From IMG/VR virus record IMGVR_UViG_3300031132_000332: DNA of 64,000 nt. One strand, written 5' to 3'. Each line of letters starts with the position of its first letter. The stretch's first letter is position 1. The stretch comes from a virus. The notes beneath the pieces were generated by a model. That model worked only from the letters and a program-made list of their open reading frames with translations, searched no databases and was not told the origin of the DNA. The translations under genes and the position numbers were made by a program. Positions 1 to 9,288 of the stretch are shown piece by piece.

Positions 1-618
1 AAATGGAACACAACAAACGTTACCAGCATGAGCAACATGTTCAATGGTAACACTGCTTTCAACCAGCCAATCGGCAACTGGGACACAGCGAAAGTTACCA
101 GCATGGCTGGAATGTTCATGGGAACAAACTTCAACCAGCCAATCAGTAAGTGGAACACAGCGAAAGTTACTGACATGTCCTACATGTTTGCCAACGCTGC
201 TGCATTCAATCAGTCAATAGGTACATGGAGTACTGTAAAAGTAACAACCATGACCAGCATGTTCAGTAGTGCTTACTCATTCAACCAGCCTTTGAACGAC
301 TGGGTAATGACTGCTAACGGTAACACTTCTAACATGTTCTACAACGCAAAAGCGTTCAACCAACCTTTGAATAACTGGGATGTTAGTAACGTCCTTACCA
401 CTGAATCAATGTTCACTGGTGCAGCCTCTTTCAACCAAGATATCAGCGGTTGGAACACAAGTAGCGTATTGAAAATGAGCTACATGTTCAAAGACGCTTC
501 AACGTTTACTCAGAACCTGAGCAGTTGGAGAGTTTCCAACGTCCAATACCAAGGACATCAAAACTTTGAACTGGGAAGTGCTTTGACACCTGACCAGTAT
601 CCAAAGTTCGTTCGCTAA
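1..618 (+). CDS. 5'-truncated DUF285/BspA-like repeat surface protein; probable C-terminus of another pilin-like adhesin paralog
   Basis: Frame is open from base 1 (KWNTTNVTSM...). Tandem ~25-aa repeats FNQPIGNWDTAKVTSMxxMF. The end GSALTPDQYPKF matches GSKLTAAQLPKF (28003 gene) and GSKLTSAQIPAKF (48376 gene). Confidence 0.8.
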   Translation, partial: KWNTTNVTSMSNMFNGNTAFNQPIGNWDTAKVTSMAGMFMGTNFNQPISKWNTAKVTDMSYMFANAAAFNQSIGTWSTVKVTTMTSMFSSAYSFNQPLNDWVMTANGNTSNMFYNAKAFNQPLNNWDVSNVLTTESMFTGAASFNQDISGWNTSSVLKMSYMFKDASTFTQNLSSWRVSNVQYQGHQNFELGSALTPDQYPKFVR

Positions 619-641
619 GTAACATTTGCATATAAAGCGAA

Positions 642-689
642 ATTAATGAAGAATGCAACCTCAGGAAAGAGGTTGCATTCTTCATTAAT
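642..689. terminator. Perfect 21-bp hairpin, probable intrinsic terminator
   Basis: ATTAATGAAGAATGCAACCTC-aggaaa-GAGGTTGCATTCTTCATTAAT, just after the stop at 618. Confidence 0.75.
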
Positions 690-698
690 AAAAAGTAT

Positions 699-728
699 TT
701 GACAATACAATGTATTGTATGGTAAACT
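699..728 (+). promoter_or_regulatory. sigmaA-type promoter with an internal palindrome
   Basis: TTGACA(699-704)-N18-TAAACT(723-728) with extended TG; ACAATACA-a-TGTATTGT palindrome at 702-718. Confidence 0.65.
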
Positions 729-767
729 CCCGAACATATACACCTAATGTATGAGGAGATGTAACAT

Positions 768-1817
768 ATGAGTTTCATTGGTGGAATGTCGCCGAATGGA
801 CAGTACTCTGCTGCCCATTCCTCCCAGTACACTCTTCGTCCAGGTGCTGACCTGCTCTACTATAACACTTCCATTGACCCAAGTCAACGAGTCTTTGGTG
901 TGCCTGGTGCATCACTGTACCATGCTAACCTGGATGATGTCAACGCTTTGGAAGCAGGAATTAAAGGTGAACAACGTGTTGGCGCTGAGCTGGAAAGATT
1001 AGCTTCCCAGTATCCGAACATGTATGTCTTCCATTCCGTGAAGCTCCCTGGAAAAATTGGAGACATGGACCACATTGTTGTGCAGGAAAACCATGCTCTT
1101 CTTGTTGATACGAAAAATTGGAGACGCTCAGGAGTCTATACTCTGAATGAAGTTGGAGATGACTATGATGTTGTTCTCCGCGATGGTTACCCGTTCGATG
1201 GTGGAGAAATTCATTTACGTCGTCAGCTGGTCGATTGGCAGCTGAACTTCATCTCCTCAGATGTGAACATGTTTGCCACCCTTGTTGTCGCTAATGAAGC
1301 ATCGGTTACTCAGACTGTTGACCCTGGATATGATGTTACGAATGTCAACGGGTTAGCTGACATCTTCAACGTTGTGTTCAACTCCGATGAAGCTACTGAA
1401 CTGAGTACTGATATGCTTCGTTACTATGCGAACCTTGTTCAGAACCCGAACTTCAACCCGAATGATGCTGCGAACTATGTAGCATCAGCTGTGCCGACTC
1501 CTGTGTATGAGCCTGCACCTGCGTACCACCAGATTCCTCGCACTCCTCGCTTGAAAGCAACAACACTGACTAAATGGTTAGTCTTCTGGTCTGTTGCCAA
1601 CTATTTCGTGTTGTTCCTCATGTTCCCAGTTGCAGGACTATCAGCTATCCCGCTGATTGTCACAGCACATAGGCATCGTCACACAGTCAAGAAGAATGGT
1701 TTGGGCGGTAAAGGTCTGCTCACAGCTACTTTATTCTTCACGTACTTGCTGTTCCTCATCTGGACATTGTTCATGGCTTTCGTTGCAATGTATTACTTCG
1801 TGCTGCCCAGACAGTGA
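768..1817 (+). CDS. NERD (nuclease-related) domain protein with C-terminal transmembrane helices
   Basis: GIKGEQRV...VFHSVKLPGKIGDMDHIVV...LLVDTKNW is a NERD-like pattern. Pro-rich linker followed by hydrophobic C-terminal segments. SD GAGGAG upstream. Confidence 0.7.
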   Translation: MSFIGGMSPNGQYSAAHSSQYTLRPGADLLYYNTSIDPSQRVFGVPGASLYHANLDDVNALEAGIKGEQRVGAELERLASQYPNMYVFHSVKLPGKIGDMDHIVVQENHALLVDTKNWRRSGVYTLNEVGDDYDVVLRDGYPFDGGEIHLRRQLVDWQLNFISSDVNMFATLVVANEASVTQTVDPGYDVTNVNGLADIFNVVFNSDEATELSTDMLRYYANLVQNPNFNPNDAANYVASAVPTPVYEPAPAYHQIPRTPRLKATTLTKWLVFWSVANYFVLFLMFPVAGLSAIPLIVTAHRHRHTVKKNGLGGKGLLTATLFFTYLLFLIWTLFMAFVAMYYFVLPRQ

Positions 1818-1825
1818 CTTGCGCG

Positions 1826-1851
1826 TAAAAGTTCTCCTTCACAACCGATAT
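1826..1851 (+). promoter_or_regulatory. sigma28 (FliA/WhiG)-like promoter
   Basis: TAAA(1826-29)-N14-ACCGATAT(1844-51) upstream of the small pilin-like gene. Confidence 0.5.
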
Positions 1852-1889
1852 ACATTACGTATATTATTTTCTCACGTCCCAGGAGAACC

Positions 1890-2321
1890 GTGCTAAAGCT
1901 TCGCAACATATTCAAGTCCTCACGAGGACTCATGGATTTGCAATCCGTAATGGTCGGTGTGATCGTTTCCGCTATCATCAGCGGTGTCGCAATCGTGTCC
2001 ATTGTTGGCATGATTCGCCTCACAAACATTGACACAGCCAAAGCTCAGCTGCGCGTACTGTCAACAGGTATGGAATCATTCTACACTGATAACGACCGTT
2101 ACCCAACCAGCATGCAGGAACTTGTCAACGGGGACTTCGTTCCAAAATCCTATGTCACCAGTGCGACTATCTGCATGAAGTCAGACACCTCCACACCATA
2201 CCCTCAGACATACACTGCTGCGAGCAAAGTAGCACAAAGTGGAGACATCTTCTTCTCCAATGAAAACACCCGAGTTCCGACCAAAGGAGTCGCTGGTAGC
2301 ACATACTGCTTCACCAGCTAA
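1890..2321 (+). CDS. Small type IV pilin / GspG-like protein (pilin domain only)
   Basis: Basic leader MLKLRNIFKSSRG, hydrophobic helix LMDLQSVMVGVIVSAIISGVAIVSIVG, GspG-like AKAQLRVLSTGMESFYTDNDRYPTSMQEL, and a C-terminal Cys pair. Confidence 0.7.
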   Translation: MLKLRNIFKSSRGLMDLQSVMVGVIVSAIISGVAIVSIVGMIRLTNIDTAKAQLRVLSTGMESFYTDNDRYPTSMQELVNGDFVPKSYVTSATICMKSDTSTPYPQTYTAASKVAQSGDIFFSNENTRVPTKGVAGSTYCFTS

Positions 2322-2324
2322 ACC

Positions 2325-2353
2325 TTGATTTTGTCAGTGCTTCATGGTACAAT
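2325..2353 (+). promoter_or_regulatory. sigmaA promoter with PafBC/RecA-NDp element; likely leaderless ligA transcript
   Basis: TTGATT-N17-TACAAT. TTGTCAGTG(2331-39)-N8-TACAAT matches the tTGTCRgtg-N8-TAnnnT consensus. ATG lies 6 nt after the -10. Confidence 0.7.
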
Positions 2354-2359
2354 AGAACC

Positions 2360-4402
2360 ATGACTACAGACATGCGAGAGACTTATCTCAAGGACGTGAA
2401 CAAGGCGAAGGAAGCTGCTAAGGCTTACTACGTTGACGGTGCTGACTCCCCGCTTACTGATGACCAGTACGACCTTCTGGTTGAGCAGCTGGCTCGAGTC
2501 GGAGAGATGTACGGCTGGAACGAGCATGTTGCTCTCGTTGAGGAAGTTGCTGCTGGTGTTGCTGGTGGAGCAGGGGATGTCAAGCACCGCTCCCGTATGC
2601 TTTCCCTTGCGAAGGCTCAGAACTCTGATGAGCTGAACAAGTTCATCGGCAAGATGGAACTGCACTCCGCGAAGCTGCTTCTGGAACCGAAGCTTGACGG
2701 TCTTGCCATCGTTGCTCTCTACCAGAAGGGCAAGCTTGTTCAGGTTGCCACCCGCGGTGACTCCCGTACAGGGCAGAACGTCACTGCCCGTGCAAAGCAG
2801 GCAACCATTGAAGGACTCCCGCAGAGCATTGCTTACGACGGTGAGCTTGAAGTTCGTGGTGAGCTGTTCATCACCCGCACCCACTTTGAAACTGCTCAGA
2901 CTTTCCGCGCTAAGCAGGGACGCACCCCGTTCAAGAACCCTCGCAACGCTGTCTCAGGAACCATCCAGTCTAAGGACGTTACCCGCCTTGAAGGTCTGAC
3001 CATGACGTTCGGTGTGTACGACTTCATTCCGTACTCTGGTGCAGAGACCGAAGAGGACTCCTACACGAAGCAGCTTCAGGATGCTGGCCAGCTTGGCTTC
3101 ATCACCGCAGCTTCCCTCATCCCGAAGCTTGACACTACTACGGTTGAAGAGCAGGTCAACGAGTTCGGTGCTATCCGAAATGGTCTGGACTTCCCGACTG
3201 ACGGTGTTGTCGTGAAGGTTGACTCTGTTAATCTTCGTAAGCAGCTTGGTAACAGTGAGCGTCATCCGTACTGGGCTATCGCTTACAAGTACGAAGCAGA
3301 AATCAAGGAGACTGTTCTTCTCGGCATCACCCGTAATGTGGGTCGTACAGGAGCTATCTCCTACGTTGCGAACTTGCAGCCTGTTGAGCTTGCTGAGACT
3401 GAGGTTGCAAAGGCCACTTTGAACAACTCTCGCTTTATTGCTGAGCTTGACCTTCGCATCGGGGACACGGTTCTTGTTCGTAAGGCGAACGAAATCATCC
3501 CTGAAATTGTGAGCGTCAACCTGCTTGCTCGTGAAGGTAAGAACCTGCCGCAGTACGTTGCTCCGACCACCTGCCCGAACTGTGGTAGTGACTTGGACAC
3601 GGAAAGCAGCATCATCTGGCGCTGCCTGAACCCTGAGTGTGCTGTTGCAACCAGCATCATCCACGCTGTCTCCCGTGACCACCTTGACATTGAAGGTCTT
3701 TCCACTTCTCTTGTTGAGCGTCTTGTGGAAGAAGAGTACATCCAGGATGCAACTGACCTGTACGGTCTGAGCGTTGCGAAGCTTGCTTCCCTCCCGATGG
3801 GTCGCATCAAGCAGGACGGTACACCTGTTGTTCTTGGTGAGACTGTTGCACAGAAGCTGTACGACAACATTCAGGGTTCCAAGAAGCAGCCGTTGAACCG
3901 CGTTCTCAGCTCCCTTGGTGTTCGATTCCTCGGACGCACATTCAGCCGTCGCTTCGCTCTGCACTTCAAGAACTTTGACAAGGCAGTGAACGCGACTGTT
4001 GAGCAGATGCAGCAGGTTGACGGCGTGAAGGATAAGGCAATCTTCATTCGTGAGGGGCTGGACACTCGTCGGAACCTTATTGAGAAGTACCGTGCAGTTG
4101 GGTTTGAGGCGTTGAACGCTGACGTTACAGCAGAAGCTACTGCTCCTGCTGCCGCAGGTTCTGCGCTTCTTGCAGGCCAGAATGTTGTCATCACTGGTGG
4201 TGTTCCTGGATACTCCCGTAACGAAGCGAAGGAACTGATTGAAGACAACGGTGGAACTGCTGGTTCCTCTGTTAGCTCCAAGACTACACTGCTGGTTGCT
4301 CCTGCGGATGAGCGTGAAACCTCCAAGGCGAAGAAGGCAGCCAGCCTCGGTGTTCGCATTGTCACTCCTGATGAGTTCCTGAGTATGCTGGGTAAGGCAT
4401 AA
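2360..4402 (+). CDS. ligA: NAD-dependent DNA ligase
   Basis: EPKLDG adenylation motif, ATRGD, EVRGE, KNPRNA, DGVVVK, AIAYKY, Zn finger CPNC...C...C, HhH region, and C-terminal BRCT (VVITG...GSSVSSKTTLLV). Confidence 0.97.
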   Translation: MTTDMRETYLKDVNKAKEAAKAYYVDGADSPLTDDQYDLLVEQLARVGEMYGWNEHVALVEEVAAGVAGGAGDVKHRSRMLSLAKAQNSDELNKFIGKMELHSAKLLLEPKLDGLAIVALYQKGKLVQVATRGDSRTGQNVTARAKQATIEGLPQSIAYDGELEVRGELFITRTHFETAQTFRAKQGRTPFKNPRNAVSGTIQSKDVTRLEGLTMTFGVYDFIPYSGAETEEDSYTKQLQDAGQLGFITAASLIPKLDTTTVEEQVNEFGAIRNGLDFPTDGVVVKVDSVNLRKQLGNSERHPYWAIAYKYEAEIKETVLLGITRNVGRTGAISYVANLQPVELAETEVAKATLNNSRFIAELDLRIGDTVLVRKANEIIPEIVSVNLLAREGKNLPQYVAPTTCPNCGSDLDTESSIIWRCLNPECAVATSIIHAVSRDHLDIEGLSTSLVERLVEEEYIQDATDLYGLSVAKLASLPMGRIKQDGTPVVLGETVAQKLYDNIQGSKKQPLNRVLSSLGVRFLGRTFSRRFALHFKNFDKAVNATVEQMQQVDGVKDKAIFIREGLDTRRNLIEKYRAVGFEALNADVTAEATAPAAAGSALLAGQNVVITGGVPGYSRNEAKELIEDNGGTAGSSVSSKTTLLVAPADERETSKAKKAASLGVRIVTPDEFLSMLGKA

Positions 4403-4406
4403 GCAT

Positions 4407-4829
4407 ATGGGTGAAGTGTTGCCGATGCTGCGAGAGTACCATTTCAATCTTAGTGGTATTCTCAAAGCACGCACGCTTGACGAAGCTGTTGACAAAAAGT
4501 TCGGCCCTTCCTCAGTTCTGGGTATTGCACGGAGGAACCGAAACGGTGGAGGGCTGTTCCAAGTCTTCATGTGGGCTTCATCTGATGAGACTATTGTGAT
4601 AGATGAAGTTTACGTCTCCACAGGCGAATACGCGGGTTTTCCCAGCCAGACCGTCTACCCGTTGCCTGGCATCCCGAACTACGAGCAGGAGCGCTTACAG
4701 GGCCTCCTGGACTACATTGACAATCCATTCACCCCAGTGGAAACATTGGAACAGATTCGGATTGATGAAGAAGATGTTCCAGCCATCACAGAAGCGATAG
4801 AAGAATTACGCAATAACCCATTCCTGTGA
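4407..4829 (+). CDS. Hypothetical protein
   Basis: 140-aa ORF directly after ligA and followed by a hairpin. Confidence 0.6.
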   Translation: MGEVLPMLREYHFNLSGILKARTLDEAVDKKFGPSSVLGIARRNRNGGGLFQVFMWASSDETIVIDEVYVSTGEYAGFPSQTVYPLPGIPNYEQERLQGLLDYIDNPFTPVETLEQIRIDEEDVPAITEAIEELRNNPFL

Positions 4830-4879
4830 AATAGAGTGAGGGTTACCAACCAGATATGTTGGTAGCCCTCACTCTATTT
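4829..4879. terminator. Bidirectional hairpin terminator between convergent genes
   Basis: AAATAGAGTGAGGGTTACCAAC / GTTGGTAGCCCTCACTCTATTT with one G-U-compatible mismatch. Confidence 0.75.
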
Positions 4880-4889
4880 TGTGAAGTTC

Positions 4890-5609
4890 TCAAAAATTTT
4901 TCATTTTACCTGTCTTGTCCTCAGAGAAGCTGTACCATTCATTATCATCTCGAGCGAAAGCTGCAATTACTGGAATTTGCATTTCTTCGTAGACACTCAA
5001 GATAGCAGCCAACAGCTGTCCAGCGTCATCAAGCTTGTGAGCGCGTAATAGAAGTATGCCTCCTGGTGAACCCTCCAACAAGCTATACTCATTTTCCATC
5101 TTTTCGTAGACGATAGCCTGGAAATAGTGAATAGAGTCTATATCTAATTCCCCATCAAGTCCGAAGTCCATACCAAGTACATCTGAAATCTCGCCTGCTT
5201 GTTGGTCAATGAACAGTGATGCGAAATATGGCTTCTGGCGCGTTACGACAGTTTCCGCTGTGGCGAAAAAGCTGAGAGGGACAGGGAGAGATTCTCTATA
5301 CTCTTCTTTTAGCTTGCTGACATAAGCCACTATCAGGGTAGTATCTTGTAATATGCGGAGAAGCTCTTTTGCATCTGGTTTTTTATATGCTTTATCAACA
5401 TCTGCCCACAAATTACTTTTCTCAATATATAGGCTTACCATGCTATAAGGAATTGTATTGAGGGGCTGATATTCTAAAAGGTAATTGACGAGTTCTTTTG
5501 CCTGATTGAGAGTAATAGGTGAATGACTGTTCATCCATTTATCCATTACCTCTTCTGGAACATTTTCAATCTGAGTAAATTTACGTTTGCGTTTAAATGA
5601 ATTAAGCAT
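4890..5609 (-). CDS. Hypothetical protein (AT-rich island)
   Basis: 239-aa ORF with purine-rich SD region; TCCGATAA upstream on the minus strand. Confidence 0.65.
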   Translation of the reverse strand: MLNSFKRKRKFTQIENVPEEVMDKWMNSHSPITLNQAKELVNYLLEYQPLNTIPYSMVSLYIEKSNLWADVDKAYKKPDAKELLRILQDTTLIVAYVSKLKEEYRESLPVPLSFFATAETVVTRQKPYFASLFIDQQAGEISDVLGMDFGLDGELDIDSIHYFQAIVYEKMENEYSLLEGSPGGILLLRAHKLDDAGQLLAAILSVYEEMQIPVIAAFARDDNEWYSFSEDKTGKMKNF

Positions 5610-5635
5610 TCCCTATTCTTCCTCTTTTCATTCAC

Positions 5636-5684
5636 TTATCGGATGTTGAGAGAAAGTAAAGATTCCTTTCAGTATCGCCGATAC
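5636..5684. promoter_or_regulatory. Divergent pair of sigma28-like promoters
   Basis: Plus strand: TAAAGATT(5657-64)-N12-GCCGATAC(5677-84). Minus strand: TCCGATAA (5643-36). Confidence 0.6.
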
Positions 5685-5716
5685 TTTTACTGAGAGATTC
5701 TGATTTTAAGGTAACT

Positions 5717-6271
5717 ATGTATCCAGTAAAAAGACGGTATCGTAAACAAGTAGGGGATGTGTTTCTCGTACCCTATGATTTGGATGCAGAGTTTGAAGAC
5801 AATGAAAATGGTAAATATCTACCAAAGCCTACTGACCAAGTTATGATTGGACAGTATTTTTATAACACACCCACTGAGTCCGAATATTTAACCTTATTCA
5901 AAGGCAGCTATAGTTATAAAGAAATTAGCGATGAGCTTGTCTTTTGGGGAATGCAACACCCTATTGAAGTGGTAATGGGAGTATATGGAAGCCCTATGAG
6001 AAATTCCCATTTTCCATTCATTCGAAATGCGGAAGTATCTGCACTGTTGCGCAATCAACTGTACAGAACCCTTAATGACCAATTGCGCACATTAGATGGT
6101 GAAGTTTTTCAAGAGTACGTAACTGGTCATTATCCTGTTTGGGGTCATTCTACTCATTTTACAAGTTTTGTAGATGTAGCGCGGTTCCTCAATGGATTAC
6201 CAACACGATATGAGACGGGGATAGATAAGTTTAGGCCACATGTTAGTCAGGAGTTTTTGAATGCAGAATAG
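5717..6271 (+). CDS. Putative immunity protein (Imm26-like N-terminus)
   Basis: Begins KRRYRKQVGDVFLVP, resembling the Imm26 K.GD(I/V)F.(I/V)P start; located in the Rhs island. Family call is tentative. Confidence 0.4.
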   Translation: MYPVKRRYRKQVGDVFLVPYDLDAEFEDNENGKYLPKPTDQVMIGQYFYNTPTESEYLTLFKGSYSYKEISDELVFWGMQHPIEVVMGVYGSPMRNSHFPFIRNAEVSALLRNQLYRTLNDQLRTLDGEVFQEYVTGHYPVWGHSTHFTSFVDVARFLNGLPTRYETGIDKFRPHVSQEFLNAE

Positions 6272-7565
6272 AGAATTAACGCCTGAAGAGCGAGAACTCG
6301 TAGATAAGCGTTTCGGCCCCACTGATTATTTAGAGACCAAGCCAAAAAGAATAAGAAAAGCCCCTTTTGCGGACGAGCTATATCAACCTTCTGAATGGTC
6401 CACATATGTGCACAGTCAAAGACTGGATCATCTTGATAATAAAGAAGCAGATAGACTCAATCGTGAATTTATGCAATCAATTGACTACAGAATAGAGCAG
6501 TTTGAAGATTTCTTAGACAGACATAATATCACTGTTGATATTGCAAACTCCGACTATACTGAATTTGAATTGTTCGTGTTCAACAATATTGATCCACATG
6601 AAGAAGACAGATACGAAGACATGTGGTGTTCTCCTCTATGGGCTTCAATACTGGTAGATTTTGCTCTTTTAGTAGTGGATAGAAAACAAAAGGAACAGCA
6701 TCTGGATATTGAGTATCAAGTTCCTATACTTAAAAGAAATGCTAGGTATGATAAATTTATCAGACCAAAAGTTGGTCGTTGGACGTATCCTCTTTTTGGT
6801 GTTTTTGTGAGTTGGGCTGACGATGTTGCTTGTGGAGCATATACAATTTACCGTTATACTTCTTTAGCAATCTGGGTGCAACAGTGCTTAGAGAGTAAAT
6901 CTCCTGACGAAATTATCAAACCAAAACGCTTTCGGAAAGATGACTTTCAAGACAAAGAATATCCTGTGCATAGTGTTACAGAGCTTCCCGAGTATAAGAA
7001 CTCGCCTAAATCTCGTCAAAATTTTTCAGCATACATTTCAACTCGCAAAGTAGCTTTCTATGAATTTTGCAAGCGTCATGGCATTAGTGTTGATATTTCT
7101 ACTGGTGATTATGTAGAATTCGAAATATTTGCTTACTTCAATATTGATTTTGATAAAAACAATCAGACAACACCGACTCCTTTATGGAACTCCCTATTTT
7201 TAGATATAGTATTGATAACAGCAGAACATATTGCAACTACGGATGATGAGGTGAGGTGGTACCTTATCAAGAACGCTTCTTTACCCATATTGCAGCATAC
7301 AAAATTCAAATCAAAAACCTTCGACATAATCAGTGAGGTTCTTTGGTACGCGCATGTTGTAGCAAATAACAATGGTTATATTGCTCAGCCAAATACGCAA
7401 GGAAGTTTGCGAGATACTGTTTTAGAAGGCCACCGTAGATTACACAAACAGTATGGAAGGTTGGGACTTGATATATGGCCCTCATACCAGCCTCACATTC
7501 ACCTTCATTACTATGAAAACAAAGAAAAGAAAGACTGGTATTATTATGAGATTGAGTCCTGCTAG
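6261..7565 (+). CDS. Hypothetical protein with an internal domain duplication; candidate immunity protein
   Basis: FEDFLDRHNITVDIANSDYTEFELFVFNNID...PLWASILVD is repeated as FYEFCKRHGISVDISTGDYVEFEIFAYFNID...PLWNSLFLD. Confidence 0.7.
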   Translation: MQNRELTPEERELVDKRFGPTDYLETKPKRIRKAPFADELYQPSEWSTYVHSQRLDHLDNKEADRLNREFMQSIDYRIEQFEDFLDRHNITVDIANSDYTEFELFVFNNIDPHEEDRYEDMWCSPLWASILVDFALLVVDRKQKEQHLDIEYQVPILKRNARYDKFIRPKVGRWTYPLFGVFVSWADDVACGAYTIYRYTSLAIWVQQCLESKSPDEIIKPKRFRKDDFQDKEYPVHSVTELPEYKNSPKSRQNFSAYISTRKVAFYEFCKRHGISVDISTGDYVEFEIFAYFNIDFDKNNQTTPTPLWNSLFLDIVLITAEHIATTDDEVRWYLIKNASLPILQHTKFKSKTFDIISEVLWYAHVVANNNGYIAQPNTQGSLRDTVLEGHRRLHKQYGRLGLDIWPSYQPHIHLHYYENKEKKDWYYYEIESC

Positions 7566-7600
7566 ATGAAATCTGTATTCTTCTTAGAACGTAAGGTCAA

Positions 7601-8212
7601 GTGAGATTTATGAACAAGCCAGTTTTAGATTTTTCTGTTTTTCAGAAAAAAGTAGCTCAAGAGTTTATAGATATGGGAGCAAAAAATATGGACTATAATG
7701 ATGTAGGTTTTAGCCGCCTATTTACTAAATATCGAGATGAATATGAGAATCACATCTATACATATGCAGGTAAAACATTGCATCCTGGAGTTCAATTTAC
7801 TATTCCAGCAAAACACGATATCTTTTTAGATATAACACTGTTGGGATTCTCTGCTCATCCAACCGAAGAAACGAATGGTTTTTTGTTTACAGGAGCAAAA
7901 GGTCTAATTGATAATGGTGGAATGAAGCGAATGGTCAAATTATCATTGAACCAGTTCAAAACTTATTCTCCCCGTAAAACTACAATCAAATTCGTTGCGT
8001 CAAAAGAACCAGGACATCTTCTATTATTTCCGTCAATTCACGTAGATGAAGGCGCTAGCGAGAGTGTAGGATGGGGTGCAATGATTGAAAAATCATCCAC
8101 TTCACGTTCTCTTGAATTAGATTGCTCCATCAGTCACGAAAGACCAGATTTTACAGATGCTCATATTTTGTTAGAATGGTCAGAAGGATATGTGAAAAGA
8201 GAATTTTTTTGA
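7601..8212 (+). CDS. Hypothetical protein (AT-rich island)
   Basis: 203-aa ORF co-directional with its neighbours. Confidence 0.6.
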   Translation: MRFMNKPVLDFSVFQKKVAQEFIDMGAKNMDYNDVGFSRLFTKYRDEYENHIYTYAGKTLHPGVQFTIPAKHDIFLDITLLGFSAHPTEETNGFLFTGAKGLIDNGGMKRMVKLSLNQFKTYSPRKTTIKFVASKEPGHLLLFPSIHVDEGASESVGWGAMIEKSSTSRSLELDCSISHERPDFTDAHILLEWSEGYVKREFF

Positions 8213-8236
8213 ACATGAAAATATTCAAGCATTTAT

Positions 8237-8668
8237 ATGCACCGTTCTTGCAAGAGTGGAAAATTAGGAATACTTCCAATAGAAGAAGAGTTTGAGCATG
8301 TCTGGCTGTCGACGGTCTCGGAAAAGATTTATAGAATAGAGAGTATTCCATTCTTTTCCTACGACTACACATATCTTGATGAAGTAATGGCTGATACTTA
8401 TATGCTGGGAGAGGAAGAGATTCTTCTCATAAAAGCCATAGTGCAGCCTTCACCATACGTTGATTTTAGAGTGCACATTCTCAATGAAGAGGTTACTGAG
8501 TACATGTTGGCTCGCTTAGAAGCAGCTTATCTGAAAACTGAAAAATCATCTCAACGAATGTATGCTATTGCTGCCTTGCCGCATCAAATCGGGTCGTTAC
8601 AAGGGTTTTTAGAAAATGGTTCTAAGTTGGGTCATATTGAGTGGGAAATAGGAAGAAGCATATCATGA
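8237..8668 (+). CDS. DUF4265-like protein, candidate immunity protein
   Basis: EHVWLSTVSEKIYRIESIPFFSYDYTYLDEV resembles the DUF4265 E.(L/V)W....Y.(I/L)..(I)PFF....D.V pattern. Confidence 0.55.
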   Translation: MHRSCKSGKLGILPIEEEFEHVWLSTVSEKIYRIESIPFFSYDYTYLDEVMADTYMLGEEEILLIKAIVQPSPYVDFRVHILNEEVTEYMLARLEAAYLKTEKSSQRMYAIAALPHQIGSLQGFLENGSKLGHIEWEIGRSIS

Positions 8669-9249
8669 AGAACCAACAAAAACAACTTGATGAGCAGTCA
8701 TCAGAAATAACAAAAGAGTTTAGTTTTTGTGGCTTCGGCCACATACCATATTGTGAAGACCCTGTTCTGTCAAAAGATGGTTACGGTAACTGGGATGAGT
8801 ATCGACACAAGCTGGAAGAGCTAGTCTTATCCCAAAACATAGCTGATGCGATGCTATTAATAACTCAATTTGATGATGACAAAGATTACTTGAATTTAGA
8901 TGAAGTTTTTCTCCACACAATAGAAAGCCATCCTCAGTACCCGAGCGTAGAACTTTTTACGAACCGAGCCAGAAACAACTTACATATCAAAATGTTGGAA
9001 CGCTGTTTCAATGCTCAGAAAATTATTGAAGATAAATCTATACAAAGAGCTTACGATCTGATTACTGATGATTTCAAAAATCCAGATTCAGATAAGTTTA
9101 TAAAAGCAGTTCAATCTTCATTTGATAGTTTCAACAATCAAGAATGGTTTTTGATTCAGCTATACATGTTCTTGTTCTTTGACTGGGAAACAAAAGATGT
9201 AGATGAGAAGAGATTCAAAACGTTAATACGTGAAACCAACGCTAAATAG
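8665..9249 (+). CDS. Hypothetical protein
   Basis: ATG at 8665 overlaps the upstream TGA (ATGA coupling). Confidence 0.6.
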   Translation: MKNQQKQLDEQSSEITKEFSFCGFGHIPYCEDPVLSKDGYGNWDEYRHKLEELVLSQNIADAMLLITQFDDDKDYLNLDEVFLHTIESHPQYPSVELFTNRARNNLHIKMLERCFNAQKIIEDKSIQRAYDLITDDFKNPDSDKFIKAVQSSFDSFNNQEWFLIQLYMFLFFDWETKDVDEKRFKTLIRETNAK

Positions 9250-9288
9250 CTTGCTCTAAAACGTAAAAGTTATTCATATTGAAGAAAA

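Noticed and set aside
1-618. Regular ~75-nt periodicity suggesting a CRISPR array (also 28940-29260, 49380-49630 and within Rhs)
   Set aside because: The repeats are degenerate, in-frame protein repeats (DUF285, YD) without identical DNA repeats or unique spacers; no cas genes.
2954-4570. 538-aa minus-strand ORF (and 2342-2884)
   Set aside because: Antisense shadow of ligA produced by its strong codon bias; no motifs and no start signals.
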